Shown: positions 28,654 to 41,501 of the stretch, piece after piece | Numbering within the stretch: the stretch's first letter is position 1 | Layout of the letters: each line of letters opens with the position of its first letter | From: an uncultured Actinomycetota bacterium | GTDB taxonomy: Bacteria; Actinomycetota; Thermoleophilia; RBG-16-64-13 | Assembly: GCA_963790415.1 (NCBI GenBank) | Contig: CAWBOK010000005.1 | Location: 75,223-139,222, forward strand | Length of the DNA: 64,000 nt | Direction of reading: 5' to 3' | Program-made: the position numbers and the translations under genes | The notes under the pieces: generated by a model | What the model saw: only the letters and a program-made list of their open reading frames with translations | Database searches by the model: none | What the model was told of the DNA's origin: nothing

Positions 28654-29229
28654 CTATCCCGCGCTGTCGTAAGCCTGTCTGATCCAGCTGATAAGCTCTT
28701 CATCGATGTCCTCTATGTCGGTGAGAACTACTTTGTACTGACACATACCGCCCGCCGGCATGGCGACGAGTCTCGCCGTGGGCTCTACGCCCTTCATATT
28801 CAATCCGACCTCGACGCGCGTCTTGCTGGCCGGACCGATCATTGCGAACTGCTTCTTGCGACGCAGGCTGACGTATCCCTTCTTCGGCGCGATCTCGAAT
28901 GGCCCGAGCGTCGTGATCGCCGCCATCAGCTTGTCATGAATCGGCAGCAGGTTGGCTCTTGCACCCGCATAGAGCGCTGTCACGACATCGTCGGCCGGTG
29001 CCTCGGCGGCCTGGGTAGCCCGTTCGTCATCGGACTTCAGAAAAGAGAGAGCGAGCCTGTTGGCGTCGCCGTGACCCATGCCGAGGTCGCGCTTGAGCAG
29101 CTCCACGATCTTGCCGTGCTTGGTCAGGCCGCTCTCCCGGATGAACGCATATAGTTCATCGAGCGTCTTCCCGGTTCTCGTCTGGATGTTCTCGAGCTGA
29201 GTCTCAACGGCCCTGTCGACACTGTCCAT
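28654..29229 (-). CDS. DUF4287 + DUF5655 domain protein
   Basis: NIQTRTGKTL...LTKHG..V..LK.DLGMGHGDAN; APKKGYVSLRRKKQFA. Confidence 0.88.
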   Translation of the reverse strand: MDSVDRAVETQLENIQTRTGKTLDELYAFIRESGLTKHGKIVELLKRDLGMGHGDANRLALSFLKSDDERATQAAEAPADDVVTALYAGARANLLPIHDKLMAAITTLGPFEIAPKKGYVSLRRKKQFAMIGPASKTRVEVGLNMKGVEPTARLVAMPAGGMCQYKVVLTDIEDIDEELISWIRQAYDSAG

Positions 29230-29232
29230 ATC

Positions 29233-29334
29233 TCATCTCCTTTGGGGAACGCCGGCGGCTAACGCGATCTGGAATGCCACCACGCCGCCTGAGATGACCG
29301 TGTATCCGATCGCCGCCGTGCGTCTGATACTCAC
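29233..29334 (-). pseudogene. N-terminal stub of a membrane-protein gene
   Basis: VSIRRTAAIGYTVISGGVVAFQIALAAGVP then stop; GAAAGGGG RBS. Confidence 0.5.
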
Positions 29335-29360
29335 GAACCGCCCCTTTCGTCACTGATGGC

Positions 29361-29427
29361 GTGCTCTTCGCGCCGCCCCCAGGATTCTACTACGCGCGAG
29401 GGACGCGCCCGCGGCGCTTCTTGGCAC
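29361..29427 (-). other. Imperfect hairpin with TAGAAT in the loop; possibly a heavily eroded attC
   Basis: GCGCCGC/GCGGCGC (29370-29376, 29411-29417) and GTGC/GCAC arms; no recognisable R boxes. Confidence 0.3.
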
Positions 29428-29456
29428 GGGCGCTTTGGCGAGGTCTACACCCGCGG

Positions 29457-29765
29457 CTATTCGTCAGTAGCATCTTCCGGCATGCCCGGGATCTGCGCAC
29501 CGTGCCAGGCTGCCACCACCCACACCGTTCCCGCTTCAACGCGGTAGAAGAATCGGTACGGATCCACGATCACCTCGCGGAACTGCAGGTCAGGGAATTC
29601 CGGCACCGTGCGGCCCGAGTGCGGGAACTCCGCCAAGCGGGCGAGGGCATCGTTCACGTGGTGAGGGAAGGCCACAGCAGCGGAGGGCCTGTCCGCGCGG
29701 ATGTAGGCGAGCGCCGCGAGAAACTGGGCGCGGGCCGGCGGAGTGAATCTGACTTTGAGCGTCAC
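29457..29765 (-). CDS. RelE/ParE family toxin (intact)
   Basis: VRFTPPARAQF...YIRADRPSAA...FPHSGRTVPE...REVIVDPYRFFYRV...WHGAQ. Confidence 0.85.
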   Translation of the reverse strand: MTLKVRFTPPARAQFLAALAYIRADRPSAAVAFPHHVNDALARLAEFPHSGRTVPEFPDLQFREVIVDPYRFFYRVEAGTVWVVAAWHGAQIPGMPEDATDE

Positions 29766-30037
29766 TCCTCGCCCAGCAGCGCATCAGCCTCCGCCATGAC
29801 GACGTCCAAGTCATAGCCGACGCCGGCCGCGATGTCCGCCTCGCCCCGAACGAGCAGCCGCAGGACGGCAAGCTCGTTCTGGGTTCGCTCGTACGACCCG
29901 GCGCTGACCAAGACGGCCGAGGCGCGCCCACGTTGCGTGATGAAGACCGGCTCGCCCGACGCCGAGGCACGCTTTACGATGCCGGACGCATCCTGACGCA
30001 GATCGCTTATGGGAACAATGGTGGGGACTCCACGCAT
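29762..30037 (-). CDS. Phd/YefM family antitoxin
   Basis: IVPISDLRQDASGIV...EPVFITQRGRASAVLVS; extended -10 TGGTACAAT upstream. Confidence 0.9.
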   Translation of the reverse strand: MRGVPTIVPISDLRQDASGIVKRASASGEPVFITQRGRASAVLVSAGSYERTQNELAVLRLLVRGEADIAAGVGYDLDVVMAEADALLGEE

Positions 30038-30161
30038 CAGTGGTACCTCCTTTGATAGCGTTTATTGTACCACCAAGACTATCGTACGCGAGGGCCCACG
30101 TTGGTCGCAGCGCCCGCCGAAGGCCATCAGTTGTTCAGGCCGCGAGGCCCCCGGCACTTGA

Positions 30162-30680
30162 TCAGCCGGTCGCGTCCCCGTCGAAGTCGAAGAAGTCAGA
30201 TGCAACCTCGTACAGGAACACGGGCTGCTTCACTACCCCAATACCCCGATCGAGCATCAGTTCGGCGATGGCCTGTCCATCCAAGAGAGGTATAGTGATG
30301 GCGCCCTTCTTGTAAGAGGACTCCTCGGCATCCTTCGTGAAGCGGCTGGTGGTGATGAACACGCCGTGGTCGAAATCACCCTGGATCGAGCCACGCAATC
30401 TGTCGATGTCTGGGCGCCCGACCGGCGTGTCCGCCCATTTCTTGGCCTGAAAAGCCGACTTGATGCTCACGGCGCCCTGGCGGAAGTCACCGTATCCGTC
30501 GATGCCGCCGTCCTTCGAACGACGGGTGACTTCCACACTGCGATAGCCGAGTTGCTGCAGGAGTTCCTTGCAGAAATGCTCGAAGCCCGTGTCGGTCAGT
30601 TGCTTCAATTCAGCTAACAGTCGAGCCTTTGCCTCGTCTCTGCTTCCTCTCTCGCTCTCCCGTCGCCCGCCTCCTCACGC
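30162..30680 (-). pseudogene. mrr: Mrr-type (type IV) endonuclease catalytic domain lacking its N-terminal HTH
   Basis: FEHFCKELLQQLGY, SKDGGIDG, FQAKKW, VFITTSRFT; the frame is closed upstream of about 30680. Confidence 0.78.
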
Positions 30681-30689
30681 CGACGCTCG

Positions 30690-32403
30690 TCAATCAGTCT
30701 TTCGTATGTGCATGCATCTCGCCCCACTCCGAACGCATCTCGCGGGCCAACGACTCTATGTCTCCCCGGGGACCTCGTAGCGAGAGAGAACGCTCGAGAA
30801 CACCTCGACGGAGATCTCGAGTTCGTCCGCGATGACCTCGTCAGCGCCAAGCCTGTACAGCGCCTCCATCTCCTTCAGATAACGACTGCGCACCACGATG
30901 AGCGCATCCGGAGCCAGCCTACGCGCCAGTTCGACGGTGCGACGGGCGGCCGCCGGGTCGTTGATCACCACCGCGATCGCACGCGCCTTTTCGGCGTCGA
31001 CATGATGCAGGATCGCCTCGTACGTCGCGTCGCCATAGTGGATGGCCTCACCTCTCTGCAGCTCCTCGCGCACGACTTCGGCGTTGATCTCGATCACGAC
31101 ATAGGGGATCCGGGCCGTGCGGGCGGCGCGCGCCAGGTTCCGGCCCGTCACCCCGAAGCCGACGATGATGATGTGTCCGGCGTACGAATGTTCCACAGCG
31201 AGCCGCGCGGATCCGCCGCCCCGACCAAAACGGGCGGCGGGCCGGGTGTTTTGGAGCACCTGAGCAAGTCGTGGCGCGAATGCGAACATCGCCGGAGCGA
31301 GAAGCATGCTGATCACCGCGGTGTCGAGGACCGTCTGGAACATGTCATCGCCTAGGAGTCCGGCAGCGACCGCCGCGGTCATCGCCACAAGAGAGAACTC
31401 CCCGATCTGACCGAGCGACATGCCGGCGAGAACGGCGCTGCGCACCGAGAGCCCCACGGTGAGGGCCGCGCCTGCGCCGACCAGTGGTTTGATGAGCAGG
31501 ATCCCAAGGGTCAGCACCGCCAGCCGCACGGGTTGTGAGAGCAGGAAGTCAACATCGAGCAGCATGCCGATCGAGACGAAGAACAGGCTCATGAAGGCAT
31601 CCCGGAACGGCAGGATCACGCCGACAGCCTGGTTCGAATACTCCGACTCCGAGATGATCAACCCGGCTAGAAACGCACCGAGAGCCAGCGAGAGCCCCGC
31701 CTCATGAGTGAGTAGGGCGACGGTGGCACATATGGTCAGCACGCCCAACAGGAAGGCTTCCCGGTTCTTGGTTCGAGCGATCTGGAACAGGAGCCACGGC
31801 ACCAGCCAGCGATACGCAACGAACACCACTACGCCCACTCCCACGACATTCGCGAGAAGCACGAGCACCGAGAGCGAGCCGGACGTGGCCGCACTACCGG
31901 CCAGGAGTGGCGCTGCCAACATCAAGGGCACCACCGCGATGTCTTGGTAGATGAGCGTACCAAGCACCATCCGACCGTGAGGACTGTCGAGTTCCGCCCG
32001 CTCCTGGAGCATCTTCAGCACGATCGCCGTGCTGCTCAGCGACACCACGAACCCGAGGTACGCGCTCTGCGCGACGTCCGATCCCAACAGGTAGGTGCCT
32101 GTCCCCACCACCAGGGCGGTGCCGAACATCTGCACGGTCCCGCCGGTCAGGAACTGCTTTCGCATCTCGTACATAGCTGCTCAGCGAGAACTCGAGGCCG
32201 ATGACGAACAGCAGCAGAACGACGCCGATCTCGGCCAGACGCTCGACTTCTTCCACTCCGCGGACGAGACCAAGCACATCGGGGCCGGCGAGGACTCCCG
32301 CCAGCAGAAAGCCGGCCGAGGACGGAATATGGAGGCGGTAGCAGATGAGGACGGCTGCCACTGAGACAGCGAAGATGATGGTGATGTCGAAGAGTATCGT
32401 CAC
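30690..32403 (-). pseudogene. CPA2/Kef-type cation:proton antiporter with TrkA-N domain; frameshifts at about 32176 and 30765, C-terminus truncated
   Basis: GFLLAGVLAGP, AEIGVVLLLFVIGLEFS, LSSTAIVLK, LGAFLAG, GFGVTG, YGDAT. Confidence 0.88.
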
Positions 32404-32511
32404 TCAGCCGACTCCGTCCGCGATCTTCGAGTTCTTGCAGATGGAGACATGGCGTTTCGCAGCCTCTTCGGCGCGATCATCGAACGATGAGAACGTAGTG
32501 ATCTTCGGCAT
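32404..32511 (-). pseudogene. 35-codon N-terminal stub of a PhnB/VOC gene
   Basis: MPKITTFSSFDDRAEEAAKRHVSICKNSKI...*; paralogue of 20362-20430. Confidence 0.7.
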
Positions 32512-32544
32512 ACGGACATCCCCTCTCTCAGCGCGGGCGGTCGA

Positions 32545-32952
32545 TCAGGGCGCGACACCGTTGCCGCCAGTCGTGCGGGCCCATGTCGGGGCCTTGCCGG
32601 TGTTCTCTTGCACCCTGAACTCGACGATCCGGCGAATCAGGTCGGTGGGCAAGGGGCGGCCGAGGGGGAACTGCACCGAGCCCTTCCCGCTCTTGTAGGG
32701 CTTGAGTTCTTCCTTGAACGCCTCGACCCCGCTCGGCACCGGATAGAATCCTATGTGCTTCGCGTAGCCCGCGAAGTGCACCAGATGATGCCCGTTCAGG
32801 TCGAACGTGGGGATCGCGTAGCTGATCGTCTCTGTCGCGTCGGGCGCTGACGCCTTGATGAGTGCCCGTAGCTCCTCCAGCACGTCTTGAGTCTCGGGGG
32901 GGAATCCCGCAATGTACTCGTCGATGGAAGCGGCCGTCGGTCTGTTCGCCAT
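32545..32952 (-). CDS. DUF1801/YdhG family protein
   Basis: SIDEYIAGFP, ETISYAIPTF, HIGFYP, GKGSVQFP; own ATG and GGGAG RBS. Confidence 0.9.
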   Translation of the reverse strand: MANRPTAASIDEYIAGFPPETQDVLEELRALIKASAPDATETISYAIPTFDLNGHHLVHFAGYAKHIGFYPVPSGVEAFKEELKPYKSGKGSVQFPLGRPLPTDLIRRIVEFRVQENTGKAPTWARTTGGNGVAP

Positions 32953-32953
32953 G

Positions 32954-33489
32954 CTATCTCCCTGCCTGTCGTGTTCGCACGCCGGCGACAAGGCCCAAAG
33001 CCCCGGCAGGGTGTCCGCCCAAGCGTCGATAGCCGCCCAGTCCCGAAGATCGCACGCGGGCAGCTTCTTCATCGCCGGGTTGGCGTCTGGAAAGCGCAGT
33101 CCGGTTGGATCGAAGGCGCCTCCGAACACGGTCACCGCGACCGGGGAGATGCTGTCGTTCTTATCGAGACTCTTGTCCAACTGCCTGCGTGCACTCAAGT
33201 ACTGCTCCTCGGTGTCCTCGATGGGGCCCATACCGAAAACGGCCACGGGCAACTCGGACAACGCTTTGCGGTGGCGGGAGAGGAACCGGCGACCCTCACG
33301 TCTCAACCGGAAGAAGTAGAGTGCACCGCCGAAGACGACGGCGTCGTAACCGTCGAGCGAGCCGACGTCCCCGGCGGCGCGAACGTCGATCGTGAGGCCC
33401 CCGTCGCGGAGTCTCGCGGCTATGGCCTCCGCAACCTCCCGCGTGGAGCCGTATTTACTCGCGTACGCTGTCAAGACCGATGCCGTCAC
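32954..33489 (-). CDS. Flavodoxin-domain protein (HemG-like); an apparent -1 frameshift near 32998 removes its stop
   Basis: VLTAYASKYGSTREVAEAIA, YDAVVFGGALY, DLRDWAAI.AWA. Confidence 0.85.
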
Positions 33490-33564
33490 CGATACTCTCC
33501 TTCCGGCGCTCCGCCCGATTCCTACGTTCCGCCCTCGTCATACCGGACAACCGGTTTGTCGATG

Positions 33565-34042
33565 TCATGGAGTTCGGCCCAGCTCGGCGACGGTCGCGCC
33601 GGTGACCAGCACGAGGTCATGCGGCGTCACCTGGACCTGCAGGCCGCGCCTCCCCGCGCTGACGTACACCGTCTCGTGACGCTGAGCGGAGGAGTCCACG
33701 AACGTGCGAAGCCTCTTGCGCTGGCCGAACGGACTGATCCCCCCGGTGACGTACCCCGTGGCCTTCTCTGCGTCGGATGGTTTCGCCATCTCCGCGCCTT
33801 TCGCCTCGGCTACGGCGGCGAGACGGCGGAGATCGAGGGTGCCGGTCACCGGGACGACCGCCACGACCAGCTCGCCACCGGTGAGCTGCGCAACAAGGGT
33901 CTTGAAGACGGTCGCCGGTTCGGCACCCATCGCCGCGGCGACGGCTTCGCCGTAGGTGCGTTCGTCGCTCTCACCGACCTGCGTATCGATGGACGGTGTG
34001 AGCGATGCCCTGTCTTTCGAGCGCCTTGATAGCCGGGGTCAC
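33565..34042 (-). CDS. ybaK: Cys-tRNA(Pro) deacylase YbaK/EbsC; apparent +1 frameshift near 33981
   Basis: TPAIKALE, VFKTLVA, TGYVTGGISPFGQRKRL, VSAGRRGL. Confidence 0.88.
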
Positions 34043-34519
34043 GGCCGCTCCTGACGCGTAGTGGGCTCCCAGGACTGCACCTCGATGACGTTGCCCTCGG
34101 GGTCGGTGACGTAGCAGGCGGTGACGCGCGCACCAGTCGGGGTCGTGAGCACCGGCGACCTCTCCGACCGCCGACCCGCCGGCCGACACGACCTCACGCA
34201 CCGCGGCCTCGACCGAATCGACCGCGAACGCGATGTGGGCCAATCCCGGTCGGTTGACGGCTGGGGCATCGCCCGGCGCGACAGGTTCATACTCGAAGAT
34301 CTCGAGCGTCGGACCGTCTTGACCCGCACCCGGCAAGCGAAGGTGGACGCCGCGGAGCGCGGCGTGCGGCACGGCGGTCAGTGCCTCAAGATCGGGACCC
34401 GAGTAGTCGCGCTCGGGTGGCACGGGAACGCACCCGAACACCGACTCGTAGAACCCGGCCAGTGCATGCCAGTCTCGTGCGACGAGATTCGTGTGCGTGT
34501 AGCGTACGCCTGCAATCAC
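34039..34519 (-). CDS. VOC/glyoxalase family protein; frameshift near 34152
   Basis: YTHTNLVARDW, GLAHIAFAV; the frame resumes as CYVTDPEGNVIEVQSW. Confidence 0.85.
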
Positions 34520-34547
34520 TCGGGAACCCCCTCACGTCTGAGCCGGC

Positions 34548-34578
34548 GGGCTGCGTCGGGCGCATGAGCGCGCTCAGA
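34548..34578 (-). mobile_element. Right half of a degenerate attC
   Basis: GCGCTCATGCGCCCGAC resembles the L' boxes at 59930-59945 and 60490-60505; left half absent and R' degenerate. Confidence 0.4.
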
Positions 34579-34938
34579 CTACTCCGGTTGATGCACGAGT
34601 CCAAGTTCCGCGGCCAAGTCGAAGTATCGCCGCGCCTCGACACTGTCGCCGACCCGTTCGTACGAGCCGCCGAGGCTCACGTAGAGCGACGGCAGGAACT
34701 CGCCCGCGCGAGGGTCCAGCCGAGCGCGGCGAAGCGCCTCGACATCCCACTCCAAGGCAGCGGTGGGATCGGGTTCGAGGTGGGCCACGTAGTGCGCGGC
34801 CATCGACGCCTCGTAGTCGTCGGTCGCAGCATCCCACGCCTGCGAGAAGAGCGTGCGGGCGTCATCGAGCCGGCGTTCGAACTCAGCCCGATTGCCGGCC
34901 ATACAGAGCTCAGCTGTCCGACTGCTCAGGTCCAACAA
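34579..34938 (-). CDS. Hypothetical helical-repeat protein
   Basis: LCMAGNRAEFE...AWDAATDDYEASMAAHYVA...SLYVSLG. Confidence 0.65.
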   Translation of the reverse strand: MLDLSSRTAELCMAGNRAEFERRLDDARTLFSQAWDAATDDYEASMAAHYVAHLEPDPTAALEWDVEALRRARLDPRAGEFLPSLYVSLGGSYERVGDSVEARRYFDLAAELGLVHQPE

Positions 34939-35384
34939 GATCGCTCCGGGTTGGCGTAGCCACGTCCGCCATGCCCTCCAGGGGAGTGACGACTATCGAC
35001 TCGGCGGACCTGCCCGTCGGCCCGTGGTAGACCGCTTCGATGTTGTTTCCATCGGGATCGAGAACGTACGCCGCATAGTAGCCTGGGTGGTACGCGCGCT
35101 CGCCTGGGCCTCCGTTGTCCCTGCCGCCCGCTGCCATGGCGGCAGCTGAAGAACCGACCGACTTCGCCTCGGTCTCGGGCTTGAAAGGCGAGATGTACCC
35201 GAGAGACCGGTCCGTCCGCCATGTCCACCCACAGCTCGTCGGCGGAGAAGTGGGCGGCACCTTCGGTCATGGCGTCCAAGCGACCGAGCGCAGCAAGCAC
35301 GGCCTTGTAGAACCGCTTGCTGGCTGTCAGATCCGCTACACGCAGGTGTACGTGGTCTATCAGTCTGCCACGATGGAACTGCAT
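34910..35384 (-). CDS. VOC/glyoxalase family protein; frameshift near 35150
   Basis: IDHVHLRVADLTASKRFY, VHLAFQA; the frame resumes as GGRDNGGPGER.YHPGYYAAYVLDPDGNNIEAV. Confidence 0.88.
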
Positions 35385-35494
35385 AGCCCCTCCGATCCGG
35401 GCGATCGTGTTGAGCGCGCGAGCCACGCGCCTCGTGCCCCGGTCAGCAGATGACGAAACCGCGTGTTGGGCAAGCATCACGTCTTTGCTCTTCT

Positions 35495-36307
35495 TCACCA
35501 TAAGAACGCGACCCCGCGTTTGCCAAAGATGTGGTCATCAAATATCACTGTGGCTTGCTTGTTCGCCATACCGACACACACGTGGAGTGGCAACAAATGC
35601 TCTTCGCGAGGGTGACAGTAGCGCGCCGAAGGTGCGCTTTCCCACTCGATCAGACGTTGTTCGCGATCGGATTGGGCCAGCGGACCCGTGCACACTTCGA
35701 TCAGCCAGTCTTGAAAGGCGTCATTGGCTGGATCTGGCGCATTCATTCCGTCTCGAAAGAATGCCGTCATGTTGTGGAACGAAAACCCAGATCCCACCAC
35801 TAGAATATTCACGTGCATCAACTCGCGCAATGCTGTTCCAAGAGCTATGTGCGCGGTCGGGTCAAGACCACGCACCAACGAAAGTTGAAGCGACGGAATA
35901 TCGGCGTGTGGGTACATCAGCTTCAGCGGGATGAATAGGCCATGGTCGAATCCCCGCTGAGCGTCGATGCGAGCCGGCACATTGTTCTCATTCAACAGTT
36001 CGGCGATCCTCTGTGCCAGATTGGGGCTACCAGGAGCTGGATAGGTGATTTCATACGCTTGATCAGGGAAACCATAGTAATCGTAGAACATGGAAGGCGC
36101 GTGTGCGCCCAACAGTGTCGCGGTGCGTTCTTCCCAATGGGCGCTGATGACGAGGATAGCTTCCGGCTTCTTCAACCGAGAGGGAAGCTGAAGCATGAAA
36201 TCCACCATCGCCTTGTGGCCCGGGTCTCCGAGAATCGGCAAAGGACCTCCGCCATGGGAGAAGTAGACGATTTGAGCCGCATCCTGAGGGTCGTCTTCGT
36301 TCAGCAT
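35495..36307 (-). CDS. LigB/DODA-type class III extradiol dioxygenase, AT-richer than its flanks
   Basis: FSHGGGP, VISAHWE, RGFDHG, GSGFSFHN, HPREEHLLPL. Confidence 0.92.
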   Translation of the reverse strand: MLNEDDPQDAAQIVYFSHGGGPLPILGDPGHKAMVDFMLQLPSRLKKPEAILVISAHWEERTATLLGAHAPSMFYDYYGFPDQAYEITYPAPGSPNLAQRIAELLNENNVPARIDAQRGFDHGLFIPLKLMYPHADIPSLQLSLVRGLDPTAHIALGTALRELMHVNILVVGSGFSFHNMTAFFRDGMNAPDPANDAFQDWLIEVCTGPLAQSDREQRLIEWESAPSARYCHPREEHLLPLHVCVGMANKQATVIFDDHIFGKRGVAFLW

Positions 36308-36324
36308 TGAGATCCTTCCAGACG

Positions 36325-36349
36325 CTTCGGGTTGATGCTCCTGTTGGAC
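36325..36349 (-). mobile_element. Left half of an attC
   Basis: GTCCAAC AGGAGCATCAACCCGA gives R'' plus spacer plus an L''-like box; no matching right half. Confidence 0.4.
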
Positions 36350-36369
36350 AGGTGTCGGTTCGAGTGCCA

Positions 36370-36534
36370 TCAACCAATGCTCGCCGCTCGGCGGGTCGTC
36401 GAATCTGCGCAGACGCCGGAATCCGGCCTTCCCGTGGGTTCAAATTGCGGCATCTGCAGCCAGGCGGCCACCAGGTCGGCGCGGGATTCGAAATCGAAGC
36501 GCTCAAGTCGAACCGTCTCGACAGTATCGGGCAT
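36370..36534 (-). pseudogene. Probable GNAT N-terminal stub
   Basis: AAGGAGG RBS; VRLERFD...DLVAAWLQMP, then the similarity is lost. Confidence 0.4.
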
Positions 36535-36559
36535 GTTCAGCCTCCTTGCCGCTCACTTG

Positions 36560-37080
36560 CTAGGTGAGCGATCCGCCCGCGGGCTCGAAGACCACGTCGA
36601 AGCGTTCACAGACGACCGGCATGTCCGGCGTTGCGACCTGACCCATGCCGGCGAGTTCGCGGACGAAGTACGCCCAGTGGACTTCGCGCCAGTACTCCAA
36701 GGAGCGGTCACCCTCGCCCTCGTCGTATGCGAACTGCTCGTCGACCGCATCGAAGGCCACGATGGCAACCGATGTCGTCTGGATGACGCAGCGAGCGACT
36801 CCCGAGCCGTCGGTCACGACACTGAAGTCCCCGATGCACGGCACGGCCTCGCCCTCAAGCCCGTAGGCCCACAGCGAGCCGGTGGTCGCGCGCTTGGGAC
36901 CTGAGAGCACGAGCGCGAGCAGGCGATCGCCCTGCTCCACCCCGTAGCCGAACTGCCAGGACGTGTACGGCGCATCGGCCGCAGACACAGCTGCTTCGCA
37001 GCCCGAGACTAGGAACTTGCTCCACAGGCCTGCAGACGAATCCCACGGCGCATCCTCGTGGAAGCCGATACTCAATCGCA
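36560..37080 (-). CDS. ASCH domain protein (start uncertain)
   Basis: WQFG...LLALVLSGPKRATTGSL, DEGEGDRSLEYWREVHW, VVCERF. Confidence 0.85.
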
Positions 37081-37082
37081 GC

Positions 37083-37170
37083 ACCTCGCAGATGCGAACA
37101 ACCCCAACATCTATTCTACGCCGCCGCGCCGACAACGTCCGCGCGGCTCGGGTTGATTCGCTTGCCCGGC
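37083..37170 (-). mobile_element. attC site with mutated R boxes
   Basis: L'' GCGAATCAACC pairs with L' GGTTGTTCGC with one extrahelical base; R'' GCCGGGC, R' GCGAGGT; 24 bp after the GNAT stop. Confidence 0.6.
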
Positions 37171-37194
37171 GTGGACCACCAGAACCGAAGGACA

Positions 37195-37767
37195 TCACGC
37201 CTGTGACCTCCCATCCCATTCCGACGCCAACACGGCGAAGACGACGTCGTCTGCCCACTCCCCCTTGAAACGGAGGCTCTCGCGGAAGTGGGCCTCCTGC
37301 TGCATCCCTACCCGCTGCAAGAGACGCACAGACGACGCATTGCGCGGATCGACCGACGCGAAGACGCGATGCTTGTCCAGCCGCCCGAACAGGTAGTCGA
37401 GCAATCCGACTACGGCCTCCGTCCCAAGGCCCTTGCCCTGCGAAGCCGGTTCCAATGTGAAGCCAATCTCCACCTGCCGACCGTCCTCGAGGAAGTGGAC
37501 GCCGAGATCACCGATGAGCCGATCGGAGTCGCGAAGGCGGACGCCAAGCTGGAACCACGTCCCGGGCGAGTCGAACTCGATGGGCTCGTGATCCTCGATG
37601 AAGCGGACAGCATCGTCGATGTGCAACGGTTCCCAACTCTGGTACCGGCATACCTCCGGCAGCGCGCGGTAAGAGAAGAGTGCCTCCGCGTCGGAGACCA
37701 AGAGAGGGGCAAGACTCAGCCTGTCGGTGGCTATCTCCGGTGCTGACACGTTGGTCCTGCCCATCAT
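37195..37767 (-). CDS. GNAT N-acetyltransferase (RimJ/RimL-like)
   Basis: PEVCRYQSWEP, LIGDLGVHF, EIGFTL...QGKGLGTEA, EAHFRES...WADD. Confidence 0.92.
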   Translation of the reverse strand: MMGRTNVSAPEIATDRLSLAPLLVSDAEALFSYRALPEVCRYQSWEPLHIDDAVRFIEDHEPIEFDSPGTWFQLGVRLRDSDRLIGDLGVHFLEDGRQVEIGFTLEPASQGKGLGTEAVVGLLDYLFGRLDKHRVFASVDPRNASSVRLLQRVGMQQEAHFRESLRFKGEWADDVVFAVLASEWDGRSQA

Positions 37768-37786
37768 CGGACCCCCATATACGCCC

Positions 37787-37846
37787 GGCTAACGCCTGGC
37801 GCTTGACTTGCGGGCTTTGCCCGTCGGGTCGACGTGCTTGTTCGGT
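37787..37846 (-). mobile_element. attC site (60 bp)
   Basis: ACCGAAC...CGGGCAAAGCCCG...GTTAGCC; 10 bp after the hicA stop and about 20 bp before the next ATG. Confidence 0.72.
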
Positions 37847-37856
37847 GCGCGCAGCC

Positions 37857-37973
37857 TCACAGATCCTCGGGACGCAGTCCCGTGTTCTTTGAAATACGCG
37901 CCAACATGCGAGGGCCGTTCTCTTCGCCGTCGTGGGGAACGAGCTTGGTGCGCGCGCTCGGCCAGTCGCTCAT
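37857..37973 (-). pseudogene. hicA: HicA toxin with an in-frame internal deletion (38 aa)
   Basis: MSDWPSART|KLVPHDGEENGPRMLARISKNTGLRPEDL: both ends typical, central GSH segment missing. Confidence 0.72.
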
Positions 37974-38182
37974 GCAGCGGCGAAGGTGATGTTCAGAAGC
38001 TCGTGATTGGCCTCATCGTGCTCGAGACGGTCGGCAACCACCCGCAAGGCAAGGGCCTGTACCCGGGCGACGGCGTCGTCCTCGGTGATGCCGTAAGCGA
38101 GTACGCCGGGGAGCTCGACGACCTCAGCAATCCAGCGCCCGTCGGCCTCGAGCTCAAGTTCAATTGTGAAGACCTCCGACAC
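37970..38182 (-). CDS. hicB: HicB family antitoxin
   Basis: IELELEADGRWIAEVVELPGVLAYG.T.DDAVARVQALAL. Confidence 0.88.
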   Translation of the reverse strand: MSEVFTIELELEADGRWIAEVVELPGVLAYGITEDDAVARVQALALRVVADRLEHDEANHELLNITFAAA

Positions 38183-38294
38183 CGCTCCACCTCCCGAGAG
38201 ACTGCCGCAAGCATACTACGCTCGGATCAGAAACATCGTTCCCCGCTCGCCTTTCATTCTGGCCGATGCACTCTGGCCGATACACGATGGACCT

Positions 38295-38354
38295 GTCGAA
38301 CGCCCGTCACCAGCGGTGCCGCACGGCGCCGTCGGCCGCATGCCGTTGTTAGGC
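38295..38354 (-). mobile_element. attC site (60 bp) directly after hsdR
   Basis: GCCTAAC AACGGCATGCGGCCGACGGCGCCGTGCGGCACCGCTGGTGACGGGC GTTCGAC; 7 bp from the hsdR stop. Confidence 0.75.
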
Positions 38355-38361
38355 GCCCCCT

Positions 38362-41497
<3,136 letters not shown>

Positions 41498-41501
<4 letters not shown>

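Noticed and set aside
29257-29263. GTTAGCC (minus strand) just upstream of the DUF4287 gene as an attC R' box
   Set aside because: It lies within the codons GCG TTA GCC (A-L-A) of a membrane-gene stub and has no pairing arms.
32545-33489. 314-aa flavodoxin-DUF1801 fusion protein
   Set aside because: One extra G at about 32998 gives a normal stop at 32954, and the DUF1801 part has its own RBS and ATG; probably an indel artefact.
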